From Candidatus Woykebacteria bacterium (GTDB taxonomy: Bacteria > Patescibacteriota > Microgenomatia > Woykebacterales > RBG-16-39-9b), in NCBI GenBank assembly GCA_040876345.1, contig JBBDPM010000004.1:14980-78979 (forward strand): a DNA stretch of 64,000 bases, given 5' to 3'. This document shows, in pieces, positions 1 through 8,915 of this stretch. The notes under the pieces were generated by a model. The model saw only the letters and a list, made by a program, of their open reading frames with translations. It did no database searches and had not been told where the DNA came from. Within the stretch, counting starts at the first letter, position 1; the number at the start of each line of letters is the position of its first letter. Position numbers and translations under genes: made by a program.

Positions 1-330
1 TTCCATGCCATTTTCATCTTTGATAGCAAACTTGTCAGTTATAAACCGTCCAACACTAGTGATACGCTGTTGACCATCCAAAACTTCCAAATTGCTAGCA
101 CTCACTTTATTAAAATAAATTAAACCTATCGGGTACCCCTTAAGAACTGATTCAATAACGGCCATTTCTTTCTTACCACCGTCAGACGCATAAATATAGT
201 TGCGTTGGTATTCTGGCTGGATAGTCAATTTACCAGACAAACCAAATAGACCTTTACCCTCCAGTTCGTTATAGACAAATCCATCACAGATTTCTTTTAC
301 AGTTATGGTAGTTTCTAAAATTGTTTTCAT
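1..330 (-). CDS. DUF262 (ParB/Srx-like, GmrSD-N-terminal-type) domain protein, N-terminal part; gene runs past window start
   Basis: Open minus-strand frame from ATG at 330 to the window edge: [96 protein letters not shown]... LDGQQRIT is the DUF262 hallmark. Absent from the ORF track because it is partial. Confidence 0.55.
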   Translation of the reverse strand, partial: MKTILETTITVKEICDGFVYNELEGKGLFGLSGKLTIQPEYQRNYIYASDGGKKEMAVIESVLKGYPIGLIYFNKVSASNLEVLDGQQRITSVGRFITDKFAIKDENGME

Positions 331-331
331 A

Positions 332-1522
332 TTATTTTTTCTTGTATTTAATAATTACTCTCATGTAAGGAATAGTGGCCTTTCCGTTTTCATTATAATA
401 GCCAAGAATTGGATGGTCTTCACTAATTGATCCTGTGCCTCCATTTTGATAATAATTACTTACAAACTCTTTATTTAAACCCTTTGGTGTAAGCTCTCTA
501 TATAAGTTACCTTGACCTAATCCAATAATTTCAAACTGCTCGGGAGAATACTTATCCAAAAAGCTAATCGGGACACCCATCAAACCGTTATAATCGCTCG
601 GGATATTTTTTACCAATGATACTTCTATCGCCTCATAATTGTCATATTTGTCATATGGTTTTTTTGTTACAAACTTGATTACCTCTGCCTTGGTCATAAG
701 CGGTAATGGTTCGTGACGACGTCCATGATCAAGGTTGGTGAACCAGCGGACGCCTTGCACTCTAGTGATATAAACTTTCTTGCCACTTTCATTTGTTTTT
801 ATTTCACGAACTTGCTCTAAATTTGCAATACCTTCTGGTATCTCAAAAAACATTGCACCACCATTGATTTTATAATTATTACCTAACCAAATTTTATTAT
901 CCTTAATTAGAGGAAATATATTCGTATATTTTAAAGCATTCAAGTTGCCGATGATCAAAAACTTTTTGTCATACTTAACAAGTTGTTGTATATACTCACG
1001 AAACAAACTGAATGGCGGATTAGTTACCACAATGTCAGATTGTTTCAGTAAATCTATAGACTCGTCACTACGAAAGTCGCCATCTCCTTCTAGTGGCGTC
1101 CATTCGTTATTCTTGTTTGCCTTTAACTGCTTGGCGACATCTTTTAAGTTAAATTCGCCATCACCGTCTATATCTTTCACTTCGTTGATAATAAATTTGT
1201 TGGCGGTTATCTTCGGACGTCCTTTTGACTTTGTGAGAGTTTTGTCGTCGCCAAATAATTGTAGTTGCGTGTTGGCGACAGGTGATGGCTTGTAGCTGGT
1301 AGTGATAAGCTGATTTAATCCGAGTTTGTTAAAATTGAGCACGAAATAGCGAAAAAAATTGCTTTCAAACGGATCGTCGCAGTTGCAATATATTACCTTA
1401 CCTCGGAATACATCGGGGTTATATTCTAAATATGCCCCAATCTCTTTCTGAATATCGCTATATTGGGTATAAAACTCGTCGTTCTTTACCCGTTTTGCAT
1501 TTGTAAGATTTTTGTTTGCCAT
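332..1522 (-). CDS. N6-adenine DNA methyltransferase (N6_Mtase-type, NPPF motif IV)
   Basis: ORF 332..1606. TNPPFSLF is motif IV of amino-MTases. Start chosen at ATG 1522 (MANKNL), preceded by GGAGAATAATTTT; this avoids overlap with the upstream gene, which ends at 1527. Confidence 0.7.
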   Translation of the reverse strand: MANKNLTNAKRVKNDEFYTQYSDIQKEIGAYLEYNPDVFRGKVIYCNCDDPFESNFFRYFVLNFNKLGLNQLITTSYKPSPVANTQLQLFGDDKTLTKSKGRPKITANKFIINEVKDIDGDGEFNLKDVAKQLKANKNNEWTPLEGDGDFRSDESIDLLKQSDIVVTNPPFSLFREYIQQLVKYDKKFLIIGNLNALKYTNIFPLIKDNKIWLGNNYKINGGAMFFEIPEGIANLEQVREIKTNESGKKVYITRVQGVRWFTNLDHGRRHEPLPLMTKAEVIKFVTKKPYDKYDNYEAIEVSLVKNIPSDYNGLMGVPISFLDKYSPEQFEIIGLGQGNLYRELTPKGLNKEFVSNYYQNGGTGSISEDHPILGYYNENGKATIPYMRVIIKYKKK

Positions 1523-1526
1523 AAAA

Positions 1527-2138
1527 TTATTCTCCACTCTCAATTCTTCGTCTGCGTTCATCGAGGGTTTCGCCGTCATACATCCAGTAATCAGTGCCTG
1601 CAACATTATAAGTAACCCCGAGAATTTTTTGAGCGGATGTTGAAAGACTTGTCACTTCACCACTATACTCAATTGATTTTCCTGAATTAAGATTTACGAC
1701 TTTAGCTTTTTTAGACTCGTCACGGCTGAAATAAATTTCAGAACCTAACGGAATGTTTGCCAATTCAAAATTAAACCTTCCACGCCGCTCAAGCGCTTCC
1801 TCGTGCGCCTCACGGTCTTCCTTAGATTCAATTAAATCTTTTTTAGGAGTAATATTTTCAACCTCTGCCAATTTTAAAGCCGCGACCACACGTTCCGGTG
1901 CAATTTGAAAGAATTCCCGACGTGGGTTCACACGGTTGTTATCAAAGGCATCGTGAAGTTGGTGTTCAACGAATTGAGAATTTTTTACAGTGCAAGCATA
2001 GAAAACTATAAAAGGTAACGGTACGCTAGTTGATGCACTTAATTCTCGAACGCGTTGTTCAAGGTTGTTATTTGTTTTCCCAATCTTCACATAACCAGGC
2101 ATCGCTTCATTAGTCAGGATATAAATAATCTCATTCAT
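1527..2138 (-). CDS. GIY-YIG nuclease superfamily protein (T5orf172/MUG113-like N-terminus, DUF4357-like C-terminus)
   Basis: N-terminus IYILTNEAMPGYVKIGKT...RV.EL resembles the T5orf172 GIY-YIG-like domain. First gene of a tightly packed minus-strand operon with the MTase and DUF262 genes. Confidence 0.6.
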   Translation of the reverse strand: MNEIIYILTNEAMPGYVKIGKTNNNLEQRVRELSASTSVPLPFIVFYACTVKNSQFVEHQLHDAFDNNRVNPRREFFQIAPERVVAALKLAEVENITPKKDLIESKEDREAHEEALERRGRFNFELANIPLGSEIYFSRDESKKAKVVNLNSGKSIEYSGEVTSLSTSAQKILGVTYNVAGTDYWMYDGETLDERRRRIESGE

Positions 2139-2203
2139 ATATTTTAATCAGCTTTGATCTAACATCAGTCTCGTTATCTGATAGTTTCATAATTTTATTT
2201 AGC

Positions 2204-2270
2204 TTGATTTTATCAAAAAAAGCTTGAATTAAACAGAAGAACTTTACTTTTAGATTGTTATAACAGAAAA
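2204..2270. repeat. Copy A of a ~66 bp direct repeat (ttgattttatcaaaaaaagcttgaattaaacagRagaactttaYYtttagattgttataRcaRaaaa)
   Basis: Near-identical, with 4 mismatches, to 3234..3300. Lies about 66 bp upstream of the GIY-YIG gene start on the minus strand. Confidence 0.85.
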
Positions 2271-2569
2271 ATTGAATTAAGGGCGGAAAACCCAAATCTT
2301 CAATATTGACCGAGGCAATTTAATTTTGGAAGTATAGAAATAAGGGGAAAGTATGTTGGTTTACTGCGAAAAGCAAGTTAGGCTAATTAATCAGGAGAGT
2401 TTTATCTTTGGATTATTGTAGAAGAAAATTCGTACTATGTGAAATTGACATTACTTGACAAAGTTGTTAATATATATTTTGGATGAGTGATAAGTCCGAT
2501 ACAGGTTGTTCTTAGTGTTCCCATTCATCTGTTTGGCTAAGCTAGGACAAAACAAGCCTGTAAGGCAAC

Positions 2570-3225
2570 TCATCCTTTTAAGTATAAATCCTCAAACTTT
2601 ACTTTCTCCTTAAAAGTTTCTAACCACTCTGTATCTCTTCTCTCATATTTTTGAAAGACTCCCCAGCAAAACATATCGGCAACCTGCAGCCCAGCACTTT
2701 GTTTCGAATCCCAATGATACATATCAAGAGTTACTTTGGGATCTAATCTACCTTGAATTTGAGAGCGGATATAAAAATTAAACTCATCAATCTCGGGTTT
2801 ACTTTTGGACCTATCAATAATAAGCTCGACCCTGTTTACATGGTTCTTTTCAAAAGGAATTTTGTCGATAACTTGTCTTGCAATAAAATTGTAAACTCTG
2901 GGTTTATCTTTAGTGAGTCTATCAAAGACCCTCTTCTTATTGAGAGTTATTGCATAAATCTCAAATTTAACTTTACTTAATTGATTGTAGAAGTACTGCT
3001 TAACTTCTAAAGTTGTATCTTTTCCTTTTAACTCTTCAACAATTCTTCTGCGGTGCCTTTTGGGGTTTAGTTTTCTACGCAGGGTAACCTTTACCCCTTT
3101 TGTTAATTTTCGATTGTCTTCTATCCCACTCACAGCCAAAATAGAAATCGTGAAGAATTTTGAAGGTTTTTTGTTGACAAAGTCAAACCCTAAATCACCA
3201 CTTTCGTCTAAGTATAAATACCACA
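2570..3225 (-). CDS. DUF3800 family protein
   Basis: MWYLYLDESGDLGF at the N-terminus and LQVADMFCWG near the C-terminus are the DUF3800 hallmarks. The ORF-track start at 3246/3247 is a TTG; the ATG at 3225 (MWYLYLDESG) is the more likely start. Confidence 0.7.
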
Positions 3226-3233
3226 TAGTTCCG

Positions 3234-3300
3234 TTTGATTTTATCAAAAAAAGCTTGAATTAAACAGGAGAACTTTATCTTTAGATTGTTATAGCAAAAA
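3234..3300. repeat. Copy B of the ~66 bp direct repeat
   Basis: Matches 2204..2270. Lies immediately upstream of, and overlapping, the 5' end of the DUF3800 gene on the minus strand. Confidence 0.85.
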
Positions 3301-3320
3301 ATACGTGATCATAAAACTGC

Positions 3321-3408
3321 TTGACTTGTAATTTTAACTCTGATATAAATTGATTCACTTAAATATTGTTTGTTCTGAACACTGCCTCAAAAGGCAGTTT
3401 TTTGTTTC
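3321..3408 (+). promoter_or_regulatory. Sigma70-like promoter (TTGACT, 17 bp spacer, TATAAA) followed about 30 nt downstream by an intrinsic-terminator-like hairpin (ACTGCC tcaaaa GGCAGT plus T-run), in the leader of the pilin/T4SS operon
   Basis: -35 at 3321-3326, -10 at 3344-3349. Hairpin at 3381-3398, followed by tttttgtttct. The RBS GGGGGTGA of the pilin gene follows at about 3422. Confidence 0.4.
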
Positions 3409-3434
3409 TAATCCACCCGAAAGGGGGTGAAGGC

Positions 3435-3767
3435 ATGAAAAAACTTATTGTATTACAGTCATTATTTGTAACCTCTCTGATTGTTGCCGCTCCGGCGTTT
3501 GCACAGAGCGCAGATGTGTCTAAAATCTCGAACTTTATCCAAAACATAATTACAATCTTAGTTACTCTCTCAGGATTTGTGGCAACAGGCTTTTTCGTCT
3601 GGGGAGGATTCAGCTACATTACCAGTACCGGAAACCCTGAATCACTGGATAGATCAAAAAAGACGATCTTCTATTCAGCAATCGGTTTGGCAATTGTACT
3701 TGGAGCATTTGTTATCAGTAATATTGTCACTCAGGTTGCAACTGGCGCGTTTGGCACAGGTAACTAA
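3435..3767 (+). CDS. Small secreted two-TM pilin-like protein (VirB2/TrbC-like topology)
   Basis: Start MKKLIVLQSL at 3435 with RBS AAAGGGGGTGAAGGC. Signal peptide ending AFA-QS, then a hydrophobic segment, GGFSYITSTGNPESL, and a second hydrophobic segment. Paralogous to the N-terminus of the next gene. Confidence 0.45.
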   Translation: MKKLIVLQSLFVTSLIVAAPAFAQSADVSKISNFIQNIITILVTLSGFVATGFFVWGGFSYITSTGNPESLDRSKKTIFYSAIGLAIVLGAFVISNIVTQVATGAFGTGN

Positions 3768-3792
3768 GGCAACTCTCTTAAGCCTAAATGTT

Positions 3793-5082
3793 ATGAGAAT
3801 GTTAACTTTTTTTGGCGCCGTGGCCTTATTTCTAATATCGACTACTTCGGCATATGCCGCGAGTAACACTGAAATTGCCAATTTTACCAACCAAACCCTT
3901 TCTGTCTTAATTATTATTGCTTCTTTGGCCTGTACTTTTTTCTTAATCAAGGGCGGTTATGCCTATATAACTTCAACTGGAAAACCCTATTCCCTTGAGA
4001 ACGCTAAAACCACAATTAGAAACGCACTTATTGGTTTTGTAGTTGTTCTGGGAGCTGGAGTAATTTCTTCCCTTTTAAATAATGCCTTTACCACACCAAC
4101 ATCCGGTCTAAATCCAAGTCAACTTAGTCTGACTCCAATCGTGCCTTCAACTCCAACCGGCGGTTTAACGCAAATACTACTTGATGCCGTATCCGGTTTT
4201 CTACAAAATATTGTTCAAAGTGCAACCAAGCCATTAACTGACGGGATCGTTTCCTTTCTGACTACAACACCGTCTCTGGTTTCAAACTCGGTCATTTTTA
4301 ACTTTTGGTTGGTCGTAGTCGGCATTACCGATTCGCTCTTTGCGCTGGTAATTGCCCTTTTAGGTTTCCACTTGATGAGTGCTTCAACTTTTGGGTTTGG
4401 TGAAATAGAGTTTAAACATTTACTCCCAAGAGTGGGCCTGGCCTTTTTACTAGCCAATACCTCAATCTTTCTGGCTGACTGGGTCGTTCAAAGCTGTAAT
4501 GTACTGGTCTCGGCGGTCCTGCATGCAACCGGGGGTATAAACAACGCTCTGGTAACAAATGCATTTGATCCGACTGCACTCTCAACCGGTACAACTCCGC
4601 TTATTATGCTGATTTTTATGATCCTGTTTGTAATTTTAGCAATAGTCCTGCTGCTTTTTTACGTCAGCCGGCTGATTTTTATTGCCTTAGGTGCAGTCCT
4701 CGCACCTCTTATCTTTCTTTTATGGGCAGTTCCAAAATTTACCGACTTTGCCGAAATTTCGATGAAAACCTACATCTTCACCGTATTTACGATTTTTGTT
4801 CATGTCGTAGTTATTCAACTTTCAACTGCATTTTTAACCCTGCCCGGACAAGTCGGAACAAATTCTCTGATTTCAATACTAGTTGGAATTGGGCTTTTGT
4901 TTACTCTTTTAAAAACTCCTTCAATCATGATGCAGTTGGTTTTCTACACTGCCGGTAATAGCTTGATTAAAAAAGTTGGCGGCCAAATTATGAACGTCAT
5001 GACCACGGATAAAAATGCGCCAGGAACAGTCGAGGAAACTGGTAGAGCTGTTTCTACCCCGAGAAAGGTGGTCAAGGCGTGA
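3793..5082 (+). CDS. VirB6/TrbL-like polytopic membrane protein with N-terminal pilin-like domain
   Basis: Start MRMLTFFGAV at 3793; the ORF-track extension back to 3577 overlaps the pilin gene. The N-terminal ~100 aa (signal peptide AYA-AS, GGYAYITSTGKPYSL) are homologous to the 3435..3767 product. This is followed by a Thr/Pro linker and at least 6 TM helices. Confidence 0.5.
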   Translation: MRMLTFFGAVALFLISTTSAYAASNTEIANFTNQTLSVLIIIASLACTFFLIKGGYAYITSTGKPYSLENAKTTIRNALIGFVVVLGAGVISSLLNNAFTTPTSGLNPSQLSLTPIVPSTPTGGLTQILLDAVSGFLQNIVQSATKPLTDGIVSFLTTTPSLVSNSVIFNFWLVVVGITDSLFALVIALLGFHLMSASTFGFGEIEFKHLLPRVGLAFLLANTSIFLADWVVQSCNVLVSAVLHATGGINNALVTNAFDPTALSTGTTPLIMLIFMILFVILAIVLLLFYVSRLIFIALGAVLAPLIFLLWAVPKFTDFAEISMKTYIFTVFTIFVHVVVIQLSTAFLTLPGQVGTNSLISILVGIGLLFTLLKTPSIMMQLVFYTAGNSLIKKVGGQIMNVMTTDKNAPGTVEETGRAVSTPRKVVKA

Positions 5083-5597
5083 GAACTCAAGTAATTCCAG
5101 CCCAAATCACCACAGTTGAGGATAAAATTGCCGGAAGTCTGAATTTAACCCAAATAATTCTTTTGATCTTTCCAGCTTTCTGGGCAACTATTGTTTATTC
5201 CTTATTTATCCCGAGACTTCAGCTTTCCTTATATAAATTACCACTGGTTTTGATTGTTTTGATCCTTTGTCTTGCTCTTTCAGTTCGAATTAAAGGCAGG
5301 GTGGTAATTAACTGGCTAGTAACAATTTTTAGATATAACCTGCGTCCGAAATACTATGTATTTGATAAGAACGATAGCTTTGCCAGAACACTGGATTTGC
5401 CTAACTTTAAAATGAGACAAAAATCCCAAATCAAGAAAACTATTACAATAGATGAAACCGAGAAAATTGCCGCCCCGGTAACAATTGGCAATTTAGTAAA
5501 ACTGGAAGGATTATTTACAAATCCTAAATACAGCTTTTCATTTAAATCAGGCCGAAAAGGAGGCTTAGATGTTGCTTTTAAACAAGAACAAAAATAG
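5079..5597 (+). CDS. PrgI/VirB3-like small membrane protein of Gram-positive T4SS
   Basis: TVEDKIAGSLNLTQIILLIFPAF... with two TM helices. Lies immediately upstream of VirB4, as in pCF10-type loci. Assignment from memory of the PrgI family pattern. Confidence 0.4.
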   Translation: MRTQVIPAQITTVEDKIAGSLNLTQIILLIFPAFWATIVYSLFIPRLQLSLYKLPLVLIVLILCLALSVRIKGRVVINWLVTIFRYNLRPKYYVFDKNDSFARTLDLPNFKMRQKSQIKKTITIDETEKIAAPVTIGNLVKLEGLFTNPKYSFSFKSGRKGGLDVAFKQEQK

Positions 5598-6189
5598 GGT
5601 CAGCTCAAGGCGCCAAATTCAGATCAAAGAGGTCAAAAACGGCACTTTAGTTCTGCCAGACAATGAATACAGATTAATTATTGAAACCTCCTCAATAAAC
5701 TTCGAGCTTAAAAGTGAGGAGGAGCAGGATATTTTAATTGACAATTTCCAAAACTTTCTTAACTCGCTTCCCTGTGAGCTTCAAGTTCTGGTTCGGGTTC
5801 GTGAAGTCGATATCGACCGTTATTTGGAGGAAATCGGTAAGAGCAAAGCGACTGAGCGCGAGAAGGTTTATCGAGATCAAATCAAAAACTACTGTAGTTT
5901 TATTAAAAACTTGGTGGCCGGCAATAAAATTTTATCACGGCGTTTTTACGTGGTTATCCCTTATAAGAATTCTGACAAAAACAGAGAGTTTGCACTAATT
6001 GAGGAACAAATTAACTTGCAGAAAGATATTATCCTGAGAGGCCTGGAGAAGCTAGGAATGAAAGCCAGGGTTTTGGACAGCTTAGAGCTTCTCGACCTGT
6101 TCTACAGCTTCTACAGCCCTGCACAGGCCAAAACTCAGGAGCTTAAAGGCCACACCATCGAAGCCCTGCTGGAGAATCAATATGTTTAA
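5569..6189 (+). CDS. VirB4/TrbE-like N-terminal domain protein (split from the ATPase)
   Basis: RBS AAAGGAGG precedes the ATG at 5569. 206 aa. Ends within ATGTTTAA, overlapping the start of the next ORF, which is in the +1 frame. Confidence 0.55.
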   Translation: MLLLNKNKNRVSSRRQIQIKEVKNGTLVLPDNEYRLIIETSSINFELKSEEEQDILIDNFQNFLNSLPCELQVLVRVREVDIDRYLEEIGKSKATEREKVYRDQIKNYCSFIKNLVAGNKILSRRFYVVIPYKNSDKNREFALIEEQINLQKDIILRGLEKLGMKARVLDSLELLDLFYSFYSPAQAKTQELKGHTIEALLENQYV

Positions 6190-8032
6190 TACTCTTGAAA
6201 AGCTAAATGAAATATCAGCACCTTATCTTGAGAAGCTCAAGAAAGTTAACCGCCGTAAGCGAACTTCCAAGAAAGAACAGGTTAAAAGATCATTTCAATT
6301 TAACTTTGGGGAGCAAGATCAAATTGATTTAATTTCTTACTCCGGTCTTGAAGAAAACAGCACTTACCTTCAGGTTGATAATAAATTTGTTCGAACACTT
6401 TTTATTTCCGGCTTTCCTTATGTAGCCTCAACCGGCTGGCTAAACATGCTGATTAATTTCAATCACAACATTGATATTTCTTATCACATTGAACAGGTAG
6501 ATCCCATTTATGCCCTGCCTAAACTCAACCGGAAAATTACTGAACTTGAATCAACTAAACGAGCCATGCTCAAAGACGGCAAAGTCATAGGTTCGGAAAT
6601 AACTGATCCGCTCAAATCAGCCATAGAGCTTAAAGACAAAATTCAAAGAGGTCAGGAAAAACTCTTCCAAGTCTCAATTTATATGACCATCTCAGCTGAC
6701 AGCTTAGTTGAGCTAAATAAAACAACCACAATTTTGGAAACTGTTATGTCGACCCGACTTTTTTATATCAAAACCGCCACCTTTCAACAGTTAGAGGGAT
6801 TGCAATCCACATTGCCCCGAGCAGAAAACATCTTAAACCAAAGACGCAATCTGGACAGCTCTTCGGCGGCCTTAACTTTTCCCTTTGTTTCCTCAGAACT
6901 CGTGCAGGAGTCCGGAATACTTTATGGAATCAATAAATCGAATAATTCACTCGTAATTATTGATAGGTTCTCGCTAAATAACGCTAACAGTATTGTCTTT
7001 GCCCAATCCGGAAGTGGTAAAAGTTACACCGCTAAAGTGGAAATTCTCAGACAACTGATGCAAGGAACAAAAGTCATTGTAATTGATCCGGAACGTGAAT
7101 ATAAACAATTAGCGGCGTCAGTAAACGGAACCTATATCAAGTTATCAGCCAAATCCATAGAGAAAATAAACCCTTTTGACTTTTCTTTAAGTTCTTATGG
7201 TGCCGAAAACGATTTAGCGGAGCATATTCAGGATTTAACGGAAATTATTTCTCTCATCGTCGGGGGCTTAAATTCAGAGGAAAAAGCCATTGTTGATAAA
7301 GCAATCATCCAAACCTACAAACAACAAGGTTTCTCACTGAATTACACATATATTCCAAAAGAGAATAAAAGTACTCGAGGTCGAAAGCCAAAAGATAGAA
7401 CTTACCCGCTACTGAAAGACTTTTACCAAGTCTTAAAAGAAATGCGACAAAAAGACCTTTGTGATCGTTTGGAAAAGTTTGTCAACGGGTCACTCTCTTC
7501 GGTCTTTGATTCCCAGACTAATATTGAACTTAATAATAGGCTAGTTGTCTTTGACATCAAAGACTTAAATGAATCTCTGCGAGAAATAATGATGTTAGCG
7601 GTTGCAAACTTTGTTAATTCGCAAGTTAAATCAAGCCCGCAGAAACAAATTCTAGTAATTGATGAGGGCTGGTTACTCCTGGAACATGAAGAGAGCGCCA
7701 GATTCGTTTCGGCACTTGTGAGGCGAGCCAGAAAATATTACTTGGGGGTAACGATTATTTCCCAACAGGCAAATGATTTTCTAAACAGTGAATATGGTCG
7801 GGCGATTGCGTCCCAGTCGTCGCTTAGAATCTTAATGAGGCAAGACACAACCACGATTAAAAAGGTGGCTGAAGAGTTTAAATTAAGCGAGTATGAAGAA
7901 CAGTTTCTTTTAACCTGTGATCGTGGAGAGGCACTGATAATTTCCGATCAGAACCACGTTGCCCTAAAAGTTGTTGCCTCAGACAAGGAACATCCTCTCC
8001 TAACTACTGACCCCAGAGAGATCTACATTTAA
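6182..8032 (+). CDS. VirB4/TrbE/CagE-family T4SS ATPase (C-terminal ATPase part)
   Basis: Walker A in FAQSGSGKSYTAK and Walker B in ILVIDEGW; 616 aa. Confidence 0.85.
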   Translation: MFNTLEKLNEISAPYLEKLKKVNRRKRTSKKEQVKRSFQFNFGEQDQIDLISYSGLEENSTYLQVDNKFVRTLFISGFPYVASTGWLNMLINFNHNIDISYHIEQVDPIYALPKLNRKITELESTKRAMLKDGKVIGSEITDPLKSAIELKDKIQRGQEKLFQVSIYMTISADSLVELNKTTTILETVMSTRLFYIKTATFQQLEGLQSTLPRAENILNQRRNLDSSSAALTFPFVSSELVQESGILYGINKSNNSLVIIDRFSLNNANSIVFAQSGSGKSYTAKVEILRQLMQGTKVIVIDPEREYKQLAASVNGTYIKLSAKSIEKINPFDFSLSSYGAENDLAEHIQDLTEIISLIVGGLNSEEKAIVDKAIIQTYKQQGFSLNYTYIPKENKSTRGRKPKDRTYPLLKDFYQVLKEMRQKDLCDRLEKFVNGSLSSVFDSQTNIELNNRLVVFDIKDLNESLREIMMLAVANFVNSQVKSSPQKQILVIDEGWLLLEHEESARFVSALVRRARKYYLGVTIISQQANDFLNSEYGRAIASQSSLRILMRQDTTTIKKVAEEFKLSEYEEQFLLTCDRGEALIISDQNHVALKVVASDKEHPLLTTDPREIYI

Positions 8033-8036
8033 TCCA

Positions 8037-8669
8037 GTGTCTCCAAATCTTTCCGCGATTGCAGCAATTTGGTCTTTCCGTCGAGAACTAAAATTTGTTT
8101 TCTTCGCCTTTCTAATTACCTTACTTATTCCCGTGCTTGCCGTCATTTTAGTTGCCAATATCGGCTTGAGTGTAGTTTCCAATGCGCTGGCGACAATAAA
8201 CCTGCAGAACAACACTGTCGAAATCCATGATCCGAGAACCGGACAAATAGTCCAGGAGCTTAAAATAACCGCTGTCTGGCCGGTACACGGGATTGTGACC
8301 CTGGAATTCGGCGAAAGCAACTTTCCTTTCCAGGTTTTTCATACCGGAATAGACATAGCCAGTCCTACGAGACAAATTGGCGATCCAGTGACACCTTTTA
8401 TGGAAGGAACGGTAACTTTTGCCGGAGAAATTCCCCTGGGACTTGGAAAACACGTCATAATTGATCACGGAAATAATATTACTTCCTATTACGGTCACTT
8501 AAGTGCCATTTATGTAGTAAAGGGACAAAAAGTAAAACCGGGCGACATAATTGGGGCGGAAGGAGAAACCGGCTGGGCAACTGGTCCACACGTGCATTTT
8601 CAAATTAATGTCTATGGAATCCCAGTTAACCCAAGAACTTTTTTACAAGGCAACCCTTCTTTAAGGTGA
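8037..8669 (+). CDS. M23 family metallopeptidase (LytM-like) with N-terminal TM anchor
   Basis: HTGIDIA, GHLS and GPHVHFQ motifs. GTG start at 8037. Confidence 0.8.
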   Translation: MSPNLSAIAAIWSFRRELKFVFFAFLITLLIPVLAVILVANIGLSVVSNALATINLQNNTVEIHDPRTGQIVQELKITAVWPVHGIVTLEFGESNFPFQVFHTGIDIASPTRQIGDPVTPFMEGTVTFAGEIPLGLGKHVIIDHGNNITSYYGHLSAIYVVKGQKVKPGDIIGAEGETGWATGPHVHFQINVYGIPVNPRTFLQGNPSLR

Positions 8670-8708
8670 AATACAAACTATCTCTAAAGATTGTATAATG
8701 AGGAAAAT

Positions 8709-8915
8709 ATGAACTCTCAAGAACAGCTAGGTAAAAACTTAAAAAAAGCTAGACAAAAGTCTGGAATGACCCAGGCCACTGTGGCTGAAAAGGCCGAGGT
8801 ACATGTTAATTATTATGCTAGAATTGAAAGAGGTGAGGTAAACCCGTCGATTGAAATCTTGGAGAACATAGCCAAAGCTTTGAAAGTAAACTCTTCTGAA
8901 ATCTTACCTTTTTAA
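8709..8915 (+). CDS. XRE-family helix-turn-helix transcriptional regulator
   Basis: GMTQATVAEKAEVHVNYYARIERGE is an HTH_3 pattern. ATG at 8709 with RBS TGAGGA. Confidence 0.7.
   Translation: MNSQEQLGKNLKKARQKSGMTQATVAEKAEVHVNYYARIERGEVNPSIEILENIAKALKVNSSEILPF

Noticed and set aside
3577-3792. ORF-track N-terminal extension of the VirB6-like gene (start 3577)
   Set aside because: It overlaps the pilin-like gene in another frame. The internal start MRMLTFF at 3793 gives a proper signal peptide and avoids the overlap.
5569-6189. Interpreting the VirB4 split as definitely a pseudogene
   Set aside because: The ATGTTTAA overlap is also a normal translational-coupling arrangement, and both parts have intact motifs. 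It is left open and reported as a finding instead.
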